Notes under the pieces: model-generated
What the model saw: the letters and a program-made list of their open reading frames with translations, nothing else
What the model was told of the DNA's origin: nothing
Databases searched by the model: none
Shown: positions 19,843-31,387 of the stretch, in pieces
Layout of the letters: every line of letters begins with the position of its first letter
Numbering within the stretch: position 1 is the stretch's first letter
Position numbers and translations under genes: made by a program
Origin: an uncultured candidate division Zixibacteria bacterium
GTDB lineage: Bacteria; Zixibacteria; MSB-5A5; GN15; FEB-12
Direction of reading: 5' to 3'
Assembly (NCBI GenBank): GCA_963806185.1
Contig: CAWDXE010000007.1
Coordinates: 576,001-640,000, forward strand
Length of the DNA: 64,000 bases

Positions 19843-19871
19843 TTGACTTTCGGGGCTGAAAGCAATACCAT
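19843..19871 (+). promoter_or_regulatory. sigma70 promoter for tRNA-Gly
   Basis: TTGACT-N17-TACCAT. Confidence 0.65.
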
Positions 19872-19889
19872 GTTGGCACAAAATTGCCG

Positions 19890-19961
<72 letters not shown>

Positions 19962-19982
19962 CTTTTTTATTGGGATTTATTG

Positions 19983-21266
19983 ATGAAGATACTCGATGTC
20001 AATCCGGATTCGCCGCTCTTTGGCTATGTAAGGCCGGGGTATTCTATTGTCTCGGTCAACGGTCAGGCCATTCAGGACAGCATCGATTTCCGGTACAAGC
20101 TGGCCGAGGATCAGGTGAAGATTGTTTTCTTGGACAGCAACGGCCGCGAAATTGATTTTCAGTTTGATGAAATGGCGGCTGGTGATCTGGGATTGACGCT
20201 CGATGATCGCAAGATAAAGCTGTGCAAAAACGACTGCATCTTCTGTTTCGTGCTGCAGCAGCCGCAAGGAATGCGGCGGATGCTGTATCTCAAGGACGAA
20301 GACTACCGGTTGTCGTTCACCCACGGCAATTTCATCACGCTGTCGAATACCACGCAGGCCGATCTGGAACGGATTGTCGAACAGCGGTTATCGCCGCTGT
20401 ACGTGTCCGTTCACGCCACCGATGACAAGCTTCGTCGGTGCATGTTGCGCAACGAACGGCTGGCGCCGATCGTCCCGCGCTTGAAATATCTGGCGGAAAA
20501 CGGTATTACCATTCATACGCAGGCGGTGCTCTGCCCGGGCGTTAACGACGGTCCGTATCTGGAGAAGACGGTGACGGAACTTGCGGCGCTGTACCCGTCG
20601 GTGGAGTCGCTGGCGGTGGTGCCGGTGGGACTGACCAAGTACCGCGACCACCTGCCGAATCTTCGCACCTACACGCCGGCGGAAGCGGATCAGATTATTG
20701 ATTATGTCGAATCGGCCCAGCAGAGATTTTTGCAGGAGACGGGAAGCCGGTTTGTCTGGCCGGCCGATGAGTTTTATATCGCAGCCCAGCGCACGGTGCC
20801 CCGGCAGGTCTCATACGAGCACATGCCGCAATTCGAAAACGGCATCGGCATGGTGCGCGAGTTCATCACGATGTTCAATCGTCGGCGCAAGCGGATCGCG
20901 GGCCTGAAAACGTCGCGGCGGGCGCTCATGCTGACCGGATTCTCGGCGCATTCGTTCCTGTGCCGAGAAATCATGCCGTTTATCCAGAATGAGCTGAAGC
21001 TGCCGGTGTCCCTGGCCGCCGTGCCGAATCGGTTTTGGGGAGAAAGTGTGACCGTCTCGGGACTGCTGACCGGGCAGGACATGTTGCGGTATGCGCGGTC
21101 GCACAGTGATGAATTTGATGTGGTTGTTTTGCCGCCGAACTGCATCAATAATGACGACCTGTTCCTGGATAATCTTTCGTTGGCACAGTTTGCCACGGCA
21201 CTGGGGAAACCGGTGTTGATCGGCCAGTACAATTTAGCGGCGACCCTGCAAGAAGTGTGTTCATGA
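19983..21266 (+). CDS. PDZ + DUF512 radical-SAM-like Fe-S protein
   Basis: CKNDCIFC (CxxxCxxC), KDEDYRLSF.HGNFITL, ENGIG, FLDN. Confidence 0.9.
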   Translation: MKILDVNPDSPLFGYVRPGYSIVSVNGQAIQDSIDFRYKLAEDQVKIVFLDSNGREIDFQFDEMAAGDLGLTLDDRKIKLCKNDCIFCFVLQQPQGMRRMLYLKDEDYRLSFTHGNFITLSNTTQADLERIVEQRLSPLYVSVHATDDKLRRCMLRNERLAPIVPRLKYLAENGITIHTQAVLCPGVNDGPYLEKTVTELAALYPSVESLAVVPVGLTKYRDHLPNLRTYTPAEADQIIDYVESAQQRFLQETGSRFVWPADEFYIAAQRTVPRQVSYEHMPQFENGIGMVREFITMFNRRRKRIAGLKTSRRALMLTGFSAHSFLCREIMPFIQNELKLPVSLAAVPNRFWGESVTVSGLLTGQDMLRYARSHSDEFDVVVLPPNCINNDDLFLDNLSLAQFATALGKPVLIGQYNLAATLQEVCS

Positions 21267-22573
21267 ATCTCCCCACGGTAGCCATCATCGGGCGACCAAA
21301 TGTCGGCAAATCGTCCTTGTTCAACCGATTTCTGAAACGCCGCGTCGCCGTGGTCGACCCAACCTCCGGAGTTACGCGCGATCGCAACTATGCCGTTTGC
21401 GACTGGAACGGCCGGGACTTTCGGCTGGTGGACACGGGGGGCATGGTGCCGGATTCGCGCGATTTGATGGAACGGCTGATTACGGATCAATCCGACTTTG
21501 CCGTCAACGAAGCCGACCTGGTGCTGTTTGTGGTCGATACGCAGGTGGGCGTTGCCGATCATGATCTCGCCTTGGCCCGTCGACTTCAGAAGGCGAAAAA
21601 GACGACGATTCTGGTGGCGAACAAGGCCGACAATCAGGATCTCACCAACCAGTCATACGAGTTCATGCAGTTTGGGTTCGGCGAACCGATGGCCATCTCC
21701 GCTACCGAGGGATTGGGGATCGGTGAACTGCTCGACGAGTTGGTGAAGCGACTGCCGCCGCTGGTCCCGAACGAGGAAGCCGATGATACGATTCGCGTGG
21801 CGCTGGTGGGTCGACCCAACGTAGGTAAATCGTCGTTCATCAATAAGCTGTTGGGGGAGGATCGCCTGATCGTCACAGAAATCGCGGGGACGACGCGCGA
21901 TTCGGTTGATACCGATGTCGTGCTGGACGGCCAGCGGTATATCGTTGTTGACACCGCTGGACTGCGCCGGAAATACAAGGTGCAGGAAAACATCGAATTC
22001 TATACCAACCTTCGGACGATCCGGGCGGTCGAGGGGTGCGACGTTGCCATTATTCTCATTGACGGTGTTGACGGCGTCACGAGCCAGGATCAACGGGTGA
22101 TTGCCGATGTGCTGGAGGCCCGACGAGGGGCTGTGCTGGCTGTCAACAAGTGGGACCTGGTTGAGAAGGATGAGAAGACGGCGGATAAGTACACCATCCA
22201 GATCAACGAGAATCTGGCCCGGTTTGCCTATCTGCCGATCATTTACATCTCCGCGCTCTCCGGGCAGCGCGTCAACAAAGTCATGCAACTGGTGAAGAAG
22301 GTGTATGAAGAACAGCGCAAGCGAGTGCCTACTCCTCAGCTGAACGATCTTCTGCAACGGGCCGTGGGTCGTCGGAAGCCGCCGGCGTTGCACGGAAAGT
22401 ATATCCAGATCAAATACGTCGCGCAGACGGAAGTCAATCCGCCGACGTTTATCTTTTTTGCCAACCATCCTGAACTGCTGGACAAAGGATATCTGGCGTA
22501 CTTGACCAATCAACTCCGCGACGAGTTTGGGTTTGAAGGAGTACCGATTCGAGTCAAGGCGCGTGAGAAGTAA
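21263..22573 (+). CDS. der: Ribosome biogenesis GTPase Der/EngA
   Basis: Two GRPNVGKS G-domains, DTGG/DTAG, NKAD/NKWD, KH-like C-terminus. Confidence 0.97.
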   Translation: MNLPTVAIIGRPNVGKSSLFNRFLKRRVAVVDPTSGVTRDRNYAVCDWNGRDFRLVDTGGMVPDSRDLMERLITDQSDFAVNEADLVLFVVDTQVGVADHDLALARRLQKAKKTTILVANKADNQDLTNQSYEFMQFGFGEPMAISATEGLGIGELLDELVKRLPPLVPNEEADDTIRVALVGRPNVGKSSFINKLLGEDRLIVTEIAGTTRDSVDTDVVLDGQRYIVVDTAGLRRKYKVQENIEFYTNLRTIRAVEGCDVAIILIDGVDGVTSQDQRVIADVLEARRGAVLAVNKWDLVEKDEKTADKYTIQINENLARFAYLPIIYISALSGQRVNKVMQLVKKVYEEQRKRVPTPQLNDLLQRAVGRRKPPALHGKYIQIKYVAQTEVNPPTFIFFANHPELLDKGYLAYLTNQLRDEFGFEGVPIRVKAREK

Positions 22574-22640
22574 GATCGCATTCATCCGCGATCGGATTAG
22601 TCAATGTCCGGTATGCTCTTAATCTGCATTCATTTATAGC

Positions 22641-22667
22641 TCCAGAAACCGCCCTGTCAGCCGATAC
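22641..22667 (+). promoter_or_regulatory. Putative sigma28 (FliA) promoter of the rsb-che cluster
   Basis: TCCAG-N14-GCCGATAC. Confidence 0.5.
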
Positions 22668-22675
22668 CTAGGTTG

Positions 22676-23974
22676 ATGGTCGAAGCAGTCGTCACAACCG
22701 AGAAAATAGACTCGCTGGAAGCAAAGCTGGCCAGTCAGAAGGCGCAATTGCGCGATCTGGCCACCATGGGCGCTGTCATTACCTCTATCCATGAGATCGA
22801 TGCGGTCTTGTCGGTAGTCATGGACATGGCTATGGGATTGGTGGCCGGTGAGGTGGGGGCAATCCTGCTGGCTGACGGAGAGAGACTCAAACCGCGCATA
22901 TCGTGGGGCGTCGAAGATTCATTCTTGCACGATCTTGCCTACCAGGATGGGTTATCGCTTCCGGAGTACGCGTGGCGACATCGGACGCCGATCCTTCTTT
23001 CCGATCTGGAGCTGGTTTCCGCTACCGGCATCAAACTGAATTCCATCATTGTCATGCCGATTCAAACGCACGAGACCTGCCACGGGGCGTTGGTCATCTT
23101 CAACAAGACTCACGGCGGCAATTTTGACGATGAGGATCGCGACAGCCTCGAAATGCTGTTGAACTTTGTCGCCGTCGCCATCGACAATACTCGCCTCATC
23201 CAGGAGAAGCTGGAAAGTCAGCGGATGCAGCAGGAGATGGCGGTCGCCAAGCAGATTCAGGAAACGATTCTTCCCCAGGACGTCGGCACGATTCCCGGCG
23301 CCACCATCGGGGTGGCGTATTTTCCGGCCCGCGAGGTGGGGGGTGACTTCTACGACGTGGTGAAGGTGAGCGATCAGGAATTTCTTGTTATCATCGGCGA
23401 CGTCTCGAATAAGGGCGTGCCGGCGGCGCTGGTCATGTCGGCGTCATGGGGAATCATCAAATCGCAATTGGCGCATGAACCGGGGATATCGGTATCGCAG
23501 TTGGCCTGTCGTCTGAATGATTTGCTCAGCCATGAGATCATCAAGGATAAAGAGATGTTCGTCACGCTCTTTTTCGCCCGGTTCAACCTGGCCGAGCGGC
23601 GGCTGACGTTCTGCAATGCCGGACATCTGCCGGGGATGTTTTGGGACAGCCAGGCGAATCGCGTCGAGACGTTGTCAGAGGGGGGATCGATCGTCGGGCA
23701 GTTTCCCGGAGCGGCTTTCAAACAAGGAGCCATTTCCCTTCATGAGGGCGATCGGCTGTTTCTATTCACCGATGGATTGACGGAAGCGGCCGATGCGCAG
23801 AATCGGCTCTTCGGGCGCAGTCGAGCGGAGCAGGTATTTATCAGCGAGTTGAATTTGTCACCCCAGGAGTTCTGCTTGCGCGTCAAGGAGTGGGTGGACC
23901 GATACACGCTTGATGCGCCACCGGATTCGCAAGATGACTTCACAATTCTTCAGGTTCGGGTGGGAGAACTATGA
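22676..23974 (+). CDS. GAF + SpoIIE/RsbU PP2C phosphatase
   Basis: GAF domain, EVGGDFYD, IGDVSNKG, NAGH, FTDGLTEA, DDFT. Confidence 0.92.
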   Translation: MVEAVVTTEKIDSLEAKLASQKAQLRDLATMGAVITSIHEIDAVLSVVMDMAMGLVAGEVGAILLADGERLKPRISWGVEDSFLHDLAYQDGLSLPEYAWRHRTPILLSDLELVSATGIKLNSIIVMPIQTHETCHGALVIFNKTHGGNFDDEDRDSLEMLLNFVAVAIDNTRLIQEKLESQRMQQEMAVAKQIQETILPQDVGTIPGATIGVAYFPAREVGGDFYDVVKVSDQEFLVIIGDVSNKGVPAALVMSASWGIIKSQLAHEPGISVSQLACRLNDLLSHEIIKDKEMFVTLFFARFNLAERRLTFCNAGHLPGMFWDSQANRVETLSEGGSIVGQFPGAAFKQGAISLHEGDRLFLFTDGLTEAADAQNRLFGRSRAEQVFISELNLSPQEFCLRVKEWVDRYTLDAPPDSQDDFTILQVRVGEL

Positions 23975-24399
23975 AACAGCACACGTACATCTACCCATCG
24001 GTCTCGGAGGCGGAAGAAACGTTTTACGAGGATTTGCGGAAGGCCTTGACGGCGAGTGGGATAGACCCCGCTGTCAGCCACCGTTTCATGCTCGCCCTTT
24101 CGGAGGCCTTCACCAATGCGCTGGTGCACGGTAACCAGCGTGATCCCAACAAGCTGATCACGGTTCGTCTGGAGGTAATGGAAGACGAGCTCCGTGCCGA
24201 TATAATCGATCAAGGAAAAGGAGGAATGGCGAGGATTGCCCGTCGACCGGAACCCACTGACATGTCGGAGGGAGGTCGGGGAGTGGATCTGATACGACAT
24301 TTCTCACCGGGGGCAGAATTTTCGGAAGACGAAGCGGGGGGGCTGAAAGTGACGATCCGGATGGCTCGCCGGTCGTGCTGTGAACACAAGTATAGTTGA
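23971..24399 (+). CDS. RsbW-like anti-sigma Ser kinase
   Basis: EAFTNALVHGN, DQGKG, EGGRG. Confidence 0.88.
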   Translation: MKQHTYIYPSVSEAEETFYEDLRKALTASGIDPAVSHRFMLALSEAFTNALVHGNQRDPNKLITVRLEVMEDELRADIIDQGKGGMARIARRPEPTDMSEGGRGVDLIRHFSPGAEFSEDEAGGLKVTIRMARRSCCEHKYS

Positions 24400-24420
24400 A
24401 GTTGCCTTAGCGGAGGTAGT

Positions 24421-24771
24421 ATGGAAATCAGTGTTCGGGAACGTGGTGGTGTGGCGGTAGTCGTATTGCGCGGCCGGCTCGATCTGGCCAGCGGCACTAT
24501 GCTCAAGGATCAGGTGAAGTCGCTGCTTAAGAAGGGCACGCTGCAGGTGCACTTGAATCTGGCCCAGGTGGAGTTTATCAACAGCTCCGGTCTGGGAGCC
24601 CTGGTTTCGGTGATGAAAGAAGTGCGGCTGCAGAAAGGGCGCTTCACGCTCTCCAATCTGGTCAGCTACGTCCAGGAAATTTTCGATATCACGCAATTGT
24701 CTCACATCTTCGAGATTTTCGCGACCGAAGAGGAAGCGTTGATGTCTTATCAGAACGCTACGACGGTATAA
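24421..24771 (+). CDS. STAS anti-anti-sigma factor (RsbV/SpoIIAA-like)
   Basis: GRLD...VEFINSSGLGALV...IFDIT.L. Confidence 0.92.
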   Translation: MEISVRERGGVAVVVLRGRLDLASGTMLKDQVKSLLKKGTLQVHLNLAQVEFINSSGLGALVSVMKEVRLQKGRFTLSNLVSYVQEIFDITQLSHIFEIFATEEEALMSYQNATTV

Positions 24772-24801
24772 GGTGGCGATCTGCGACAGAGGGGTAGGAA
24801 C

Positions 24802-26709
24802 ATGGAAAATGTCGTAGCGCAAATTGGGGAACTGCTATCCGAATTGCAGTCGCCCGACTTCTTCGTCCGCGAAACTGCGGTCAAATCGCTTGGGCAGTTT
24901 CAGGAAGACGAAGCGGTTGCCGGCCTGGTCATGGCGCTCGAGGACTCCGACCTGGGCATACGCGAACTGGCCGCCCAGCAACTGAGCCAGATTCGCGGCG
25001 GCACGGCCGCTCAATTGCTCATTCGCTTCCTGGCGCATGTCGATATCGGCACGCGCAATCTGGCCTCTGAGATCCTGGTGAAAATCGGTCACGACGCGGT
25101 CGAGCATCTCGTGGCCAATTTGAAGGATGAAGACCATGACGTACGAAAGTTCATCGCCGACGTGCTCGGCTTGATTGGCGATGACGCGGCGGTTGACGGA
25201 TTATGCCAGGCGTTGTGGGACGATCATATAAATGTGGCTTGTTCGGCCGCCGAGGCGCTGGGCGAGGTTGGGTCCGCAAAAGCGATGAGCCATCTCATTG
25301 CGGTGGCGAGACAGTCGGAGGATGTGCGACCATCAGCCATTGAAGCGTTGGGCAAGATCGGTGATCCGGAAGCATTGCCGGCACTCTACGAGTTTCTCGG
25401 CACGAGCGATCCGGTCATCCAGTTCGCGGCAATCGAGGCCATCGGCAAGATCGGTCGGGCTGATTCGGTACCGCAGTTGGTGAAGTTTCTCAGTTGCTCA
25501 GAGCAACCGTTGGCTGAGACCTCGATGGCCGCCATCATTCGGGTGTGCATGAAGCACGGCGGGAGGATCAATTACGATATCCCCCTCACAAAATTCACCG
25601 ATTACCTGTTCGACGCCATCAAGAATCACGATGCCGAAGTGACCGAGTTCACTCTCAGTCGACTCGGTCGGTGGTACGGCCACGACGTAATTCGCAAGCT
25701 GCTTGATGTGATCGAGTGCTTCGACGAACCGAAATTCCGCCGGGTCATGGCGATCCTGGCTGAGATAGGAGAGCCGGCCGGTGTACTGATCATCGAACGA
25801 CTGCCGGCCGCTGCGCCGGCATTAAAACTGAAATTGCTGGAAATCCTGCGGATGATTGTGACCGACGATCTGGCGGCGCGCCTGCTCCCGATAGCTTTCG
25901 ACGAAGATCAAGAGGTGCGCATGAAGGTGGCACAGATTCTCGGGAGCTCGACCAACAAGGACGCCGTGCCGGTGCTGAAAAAACTGGCCCTGGATGACAA
26001 CGGTCACGTGAGAGCGTCGGCCTATTCGGCGCTCGGGTGGCTGGCCCAGGAAGCCGACGCCGACTTCATTTTTGCCGGTCTGGACGACAAATATGCGGAT
26101 GTTCGCGAAGCGGCGGTAGGCGCCCTGGTGATACTGGGCGGACCGCGCGTCGTCGCAAAATTCACTGCCGATCTTTACCATGAAAATCCGGAACGTCAGC
26201 GCCTGGCCGTCACTGCCCTTGGCTGGATCGGCGAGGCTGACGTGGTGGAGCCGCTTCTCCGGGCGATCAATCACCCCGAGCCGCAGGTGCGCAAGTCAGC
26301 CATTTCGTCGCTGGCGCGAATCGGCCTGGTCCCGGACAGCGAACCGATCGCGATGGCGCTTAATGACGAGAACAGCGCCGTGCGAAAGGCCGCGGTCACA
26401 GCGCTCTTGGCCATTGAGGGTGAGGCGGCCGTCAACAAAATCAAATTCCTGCTTGACGACGGCGATGTCTGGGTGCGCTATCATACCATTGCCACAATCG
26501 GCGAGCTGCGGAACAAGGCGTATGCCGAGTATCTGCGTCCGCATCTCGACGCCGACCTGGATATTATCAAGATTGCCTCCGCCAAGGCGTTGTCGCTGCT
26601 CGGCGATGAGCAGGCAATCGCCACGCTGCAGCGACTCACGGGGAACAAGAACAAAGATCTAGCTGAAGCGGCGGCCTTTGCGCTGCAGCGCATCGGAGGG
26701 CCGTTTTAA
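24802..26709 (+). CDS. HEAT (PBS-lyase-like) repeat protein
   Basis: Many L.D.D..VR..A..ALG.IG repeats. Confidence 0.9.
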   Translation: MENVVAQIGELLSELQSPDFFVRETAVKSLGQFQEDEAVAGLVMALEDSDLGIRELAAQQLSQIRGGTAAQLLIRFLAHVDIGTRNLASEILVKIGHDAVEHLVANLKDEDHDVRKFIADVLGLIGDDAAVDGLCQALWDDHINVACSAAEALGEVGSAKAMSHLIAVARQSEDVRPSAIEALGKIGDPEALPALYEFLGTSDPVIQFAAIEAIGKIGRADSVPQLVKFLSCSEQPLAETSMAAIIRVCMKHGGRINYDIPLTKFTDYLFDAIKNHDAEVTEFTLSRLGRWYGHDVIRKLLDVIECFDEPKFRRVMAILAEIGEPAGVLIIERLPAAAPALKLKLLEILRMIVTDDLAARLLPIAFDEDQEVRMKVAQILGSSTNKDAVPVLKKLALDDNGHVRASAYSALGWLAQEADADFIFAGLDDKYADVREAAVGALVILGGPRVVAKFTADLYHENPERQRLAVTALGWIGEADVVEPLLRAINHPEPQVRKSAISSLARIGLVPDSEPIAMALNDENSAVRKAAVTALLAIEGEAAVNKIKFLLDDGDVWVRYHTIATIGELRNKAYAEYLRPHLDADLDIIKIASAKALSLLGDEQAIATLQRLTGNKNKDLAEAAAFALQRIGGPF

Positions 26710-27083
26710 TGGCACACCCATCGATTCTGGTGGTGGATGACGAACTCCTGATCCGGGACCTGCTGTACGACTTCTTCAGCGGCCAGGGCTGGGACATAGC
26801 AGTCGCCGAGAATGGCGAGAAGGCGCTCGACATCCTGAAGACGAAAGCCGTGGATGTGATCCTCACCGACATCAAGATGCCGCAGATGGACGGTCTGACG
26901 CTGGCGTCACGGGTGCGGGAAATGAAGCCTGAAATCCCGGTCGTGGTCATGACCGGATTTCCTTCGGTTGACACGGCGGTAACGGCGTTACGCTCGAAAG
27001 TCGCCGACTATGTCGTCAAGCCGTTCAACATTCACCAGCTTTATAAGACCCTCGAAGGGTACGCGAAAGAAGCCAAGAAATAG
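26709..27083 (+). CDS. Single-domain response regulator
   Basis: ILVVDD, TDIKMP.MDG, KPF. Confidence 0.9.
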   Translation: MAHPSILVVDDELLIRDLLYDFFSGQGWDIAVAENGEKALDILKTKAVDVILTDIKMPQMDGLTLASRVREMKPEIPVVVMTGFPSVDTAVTALRSKVADYVVKPFNIHQLYKTLEGYAKEAKK

Positions 27084-27117
27084 CCGACCGTTGGCAGAGG
27101 AATGAAAAGGGTGCTGT

Positions 27118-28109
27118 ATGCTGACCGGTCCAACGCAGGAACTTGAAATGACGCTTGAGGAGTTTACCATGTTTCGTGACTATATTCACGAAAAGAGTGG
27201 TATATTCTTCGCCGAAAATAAAGTCTATCTCCTGAAGAACAGGATTCAGAAGCGCATGGCCGAGCTCGACATGCGCAGCGTCAGAGATTATTTCTACCAC
27301 GTCAAGTACGACGTTTCGCTTCGCGAATTCAACCGTCTGATGGAACTGGTGACCACCAATGAAACCAGTTTCTTCCGAAACGAGCCGCAGCTCTTGTCGT
27401 TTTCCGACGAAGTCGCTTCCCCTCATTATCGCTCAAAAGCTGAAAGAACGGGGACTCAAGACGATTCGCATCTGGTCAGCCGGGTGTTCCACGGGCGAAG
27501 AACCGTATACGCTGGCGATTATCCTGATGGAGGCACTTAAAGGGCAGGTGGGCTGGAACGCTGGAAATCATCGCCAACGACATTTCCGAGCAGGTGCTGC
27601 AGAGGGCGAGAAGGGTGAGTACTCCGGTATTACACTGCGCAACTTGAAGCCGGATATGCTGGAGAAGTACTTCACCCGCACCGGGGAGATGTATAAGGTC
27701 AAGCCGGATGTCAAGATGCTGGTGAAGTTCTCCCATCTGAACCTGAATGACCCGAAGAAGATATCGCTGATCAATAATATGGATGTCATCTTCTGCCGAA
27801 ACGTCATGATCTATTTTTCGGATGACGTAAAGCGGCAATTGGTTCGTGGATTTTATAACGCCTTGAAGCCGGGCGGGTACTTCTATATCGGCCATTCCGA
27901 GACGTTGCACGGTATTTCGAAGGCCTTCAAGCTGGTCTATTTCAAGAATGCGCTGGTGTATCAGAAGGAGGCGACGAGTGCAGACGGTCGAGAGTGCGGC
28001 CGGCAAGACGGCGACGGCTGCCGCCGCTGCGACCAATCCGGCGTCGGCCGGAGTCTCGCGAGCGCTCGATCTGCTCAGTCAGATTCGATCGAGTGCGCCA
28101 AAGAAGTGA
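27118..28109 (+). CDS. cheR: Chemotaxis methyltransferase CheR (frameshifted in this sequence)
   Basis: TTNETSFFR, IWSAGCSTGEEPY, DVIFCRNVMIYF, IGHSE. Apparent indels near 27415, 27560, 27608 and 27975. Confidence 0.85.
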
Positions 28110-28140
28110 ACGAAACGGGGCCAAGGACAGGATAAACAGT

Positions 28141-28523
28141 ATGAGCCAGACGATCTTAGTGGTCGATGATTCTCCGACAGTCGTCAAGTTCGTCTCCTTT
28201 TCGCTGCGCAACAGCGGTTTCACGGTAGTGACCGCCTGTGACGGCATGGACGCGATCGAAAAGATGTCGACCCTCGAGGGGAAAGTCGATCTGATCATCA
28301 CCGACCTGAACATGCCGAACCTGGACGGGTACAGCCTGATTCAGACTGTTCGGCAGAATGATCGAACACACGCGACACGCCGATCATCATCCTGTCGTCG
28401 GAGGAAGGTGATGACGACAAAGCCCGGGGGATGGAGGTGGGCGCCAGTTCGTATCTGGTCAAGCCGTTCAAGTCATCGGTGCTTTTGAGCGAGGTCGACA
28501 AATACCTGAGCAAAGGCACATAG
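28141..28523 (+). CDS. cheY: CheY-like response regulator (frameshift near 28370)
   Basis: ILVVDDS, TDLNMP. The C-terminus TPIIILSS...GASSYLVKPF lies in a shifted frame. Confidence 0.8.
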
Positions 28524-28545
28524 CGGTCAGTAGCAAGGAGGCACA

Positions 28546-28919
28546 GTGGCGGAAATGAAGATCCTGGCGGTTGATGACAGCCCGACTATGCGGCGCATCA
28601 TCATCAACACGCTCAAACGGGCCGGCTACAATGACGTGATTGAGGCCGAAGGCGGACGCGAAGCGCTGGCCAAAATGAAGGTGGAAAAGTCAATTTCATC
28701 ATCACCGACTGGAACATGCCGGAGATGGACGGTCTGACGTTTGTCTCGACGCTGCGCGGGATACCGGAATACAAGAATATCCCGGTTCTCATGGTGACGA
28801 CGCGTTCGGTCAAGGACGACATCGTTGAAGCAATGAAAGCCGGCGTCAACAACTACATCGTCAAGCCCTTCACGCCGGAAACCCTTAAAGAGAAGATCGA
28901 ACAGATTCTGGGCAAGTGA
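28546..28919 (+). CDS. cheY: Chemotaxis response regulator CheY (frameshift near 28688)
   Basis: ILAVDDSPTMRRII, TDWNMPEMDG, AGVNNYIVKPFTPETLKEKI. Confidence 0.85.
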
Positions 28920-28942
28920 CGCTCGCGATCAAGGAGGATGGC

Positions 28943-29544
28943 ATGTCGGGTACTGACAATATGCAAGACAAGATACAGCAGGAGATCGCCGACCTTACGC
29001 AGTCGATCACCGCACTGGTGGAAAGCGTGCGCAAACTGCGCAATCCGCTGTCAGAATCGCAAGAGAAAGGTGCCGCAGGCGACCAACCAGCTCGATAAGA
29101 TCAGCGAGCAGACGGAGAACGCCACCCACCAGATGCTGGATCATGTCGAAAGGATCACCCAGCGCGAAGAAGAGATGATCAAGGGGCTTGACATCGCTCA
29201 GGAAATCGCCGCGCGCATCAACGACGGCGAACTGACCGTCGCTCACCGGGAAACTGGTGGACAACGCCAATACGAATCTGAACGACGCGTTTGCGCTGAT
29301 GGATGCCCTGCAGTTCCAGGATATCACGAGCCAGCAGATGGATCACGCGGCGGCGCTGCTGGAGGAGATCGAATCGCGGCTGCACATGCGTGCTGAAGAC
29401 TATCGGCGGCGAGCGGCTGCGGAGATCGTCGCGTCGAACCGTCCGAAAAAGGCACGCGCCTATGATCCGCATGCCGACCTGTTCGAACGCAAGACCGAAC
29501 AGAAAGAGATTGACACTCTGTTTGCGCAAGCCAAGCCGAAGTGA
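28943..29544 (+). CDS. cheZ: CheZ-like CheY-P phosphatase (frameshifted)
   Basis: TENAT..ML, ALQFQDITSQ (DxxxQ), C-terminal QKEIDTLF peptide. Spread over three frames. Confidence 0.72.
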
Positions 29545-29561
29545 AGGGGGGGAGTACGACG

Positions 29562-31387
29562 GTGAGTAACGAAATCGAATCCGATCTGGACGAGATGAAG
29601 GAAATCATCGACGAGTTTCTGATCGAAGCCGATGAGCTCATTCATACGCTCGACACGGATCTGGTCAAGCTCGAGTCGACACCACGCGATCTCGATCTGC
29701 TCAATTCCATTTTCCGGGCTGCGCACACCATCAAGGGGACCTCCAGTTTCCTGGGCTTTGAGCAGGTCACGAGCCTGACGCACAAGATGGAGGATATTCT
29801 GAACCGGCTGCGCAAGTCGGAGATGGTGGTCACGCCCACGATCATGGACATTCTGCTGGAATCGGTCGACGTCCTGAAAGTGCTGCTCGAAAATGTCCGC
29901 GAGCATGTGACCGAGGAAGTCGATCTGACCGGACATCTCGCAACCGTCTCAACGGTCGCCCTGTCCAGTCAGGACGAGCCGCGGCCGCGCCTGCGGTGCA
30001 GGCGTCAGTCTCCAGCAACGACCCGGCCAGAACACTCGAACAGCCGGCCGCATCGGCGATTGACGTCGACGCAACGCCGATGGAAGCGAGTCCGACGCCA
30101 GACGAGTCAAGGCAAAGCAATGACGCGCCGGGCAACGGAAATCGAGCGCCGAAACTAAGGGCGATCAGACGATTCGCGTCGACATTGGCCGGCTCGATCA
30201 ACTCATGAACCTGATGGGTGAACTGGTGCTCGGTCGCAATGCCCTGGTTCAGTCGCTCAATCGGCTCAATGTCGAAGGCCAAGGGACAGGGCGACGGCAA
30301 GCTCGAGCATAATGAATCGGGCGGCGGCCTCGGTCAGCTACATCACCACCGAACTTCAGCTGGCCGTGATGAAGATGCGGATGCAGCCGATCGGCAAGGT
30401 CTTCGGCAAATTCCCGCGGCTGGTGCGGGATCTGTCGCGCGACTCGAAGAAGGAAATCGATCTGGTCATCTCCGGCGAGACGACCGAGCTCGACAAGTCG
30501 GTGATCGAAGAGATCGGCGATCCGCTGGTGCACATCCTCCGCAACTCGTGCGATCACGGCATCGAGTCTCCGGCCGACCGGTCGGCCAAGGGTAAACCCG
30601 GCCAGAGGGAACGATTCGATCTCTCGGCGTTTCAGGAAGGTTCGAACATCGTCATCCGCATCGAGGACGACGGCAAGGGTTTCGATGTCGTGGCGATTCG
30701 GGACAAAGCGGTGGAGCGGGGACTGGCCACGCGCGCGGATGTCGACAAGATGCCGGATCGGGACGTGTTCAAGTATATTTTTGAAGCGGGATTCTCGACC
30801 GCCAAGGTGGTTACCGACGTCTCCGGTCGCGGCGTCGGCATGGATGTCGTCCGGACCAATATCGAAAAGCTTAACGGTCTCATCGAACTTGATTCGGCCA
30901 AGGACGCAGGCACCTCGATCACGATTAAGCTGCCGCTGACGCTGGCTATCATTCAGGGTCTGCTGGTGCAGTCGCGATGACGAGATCTTCATCCTGCCGC
31001 TGTCGTCGGTTCACGAGACGGTACGACCGACTCACACTGACATCAGTTATGTCAATCAGACGACCGGTGCTGCGACTCCGCGACGAGATCATCCCGATCG
31101 ATCAATCTCAACCGGATCATTCGAGGCGACGCTCGCGGTTTCGTCATGGCCGAGAAGCCGTACATCGTGGTCGTCGGCCTGGCCGACAGAAACTGGGCAT
31201 CAACATCGACAGATTCCTGGGTCAGGAAGAGGTGGTGATCAAGTCGCTGGGCACGTATCTCGGCTCGACCGAGGGAGTGGCCGGTGCGACGATTCTGGGC
31301 GACGGCCGGATTCGACTGATTGTCGATCTCATGGGACTATTCAACATGGCCGAGAAAACTGCGATAGGAATGCGTCGTGGCGATTGA
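29562..31387 (+). CDS. cheA: Chemotaxis histidine kinase CheA (multiple frameshifts)
   Basis: Hpt FRAAHTIKG, MNLMGELV, RMQPI, HILRNSCDHGIE, GFSTA...SGRGVGMDVV, LPLTLAI, QEEVVIKSL...GATILGDG. Confidence 0.9.

Noticed and set aside
19873..19888. sigma54-like TTGGCAC-AAAA-TTGC before tRNA-Gly
   Set aside because: GG-to-GC spacing is 9 nt rather than the required 10, and a well-spaced sigma70 promoter lies just upstream.
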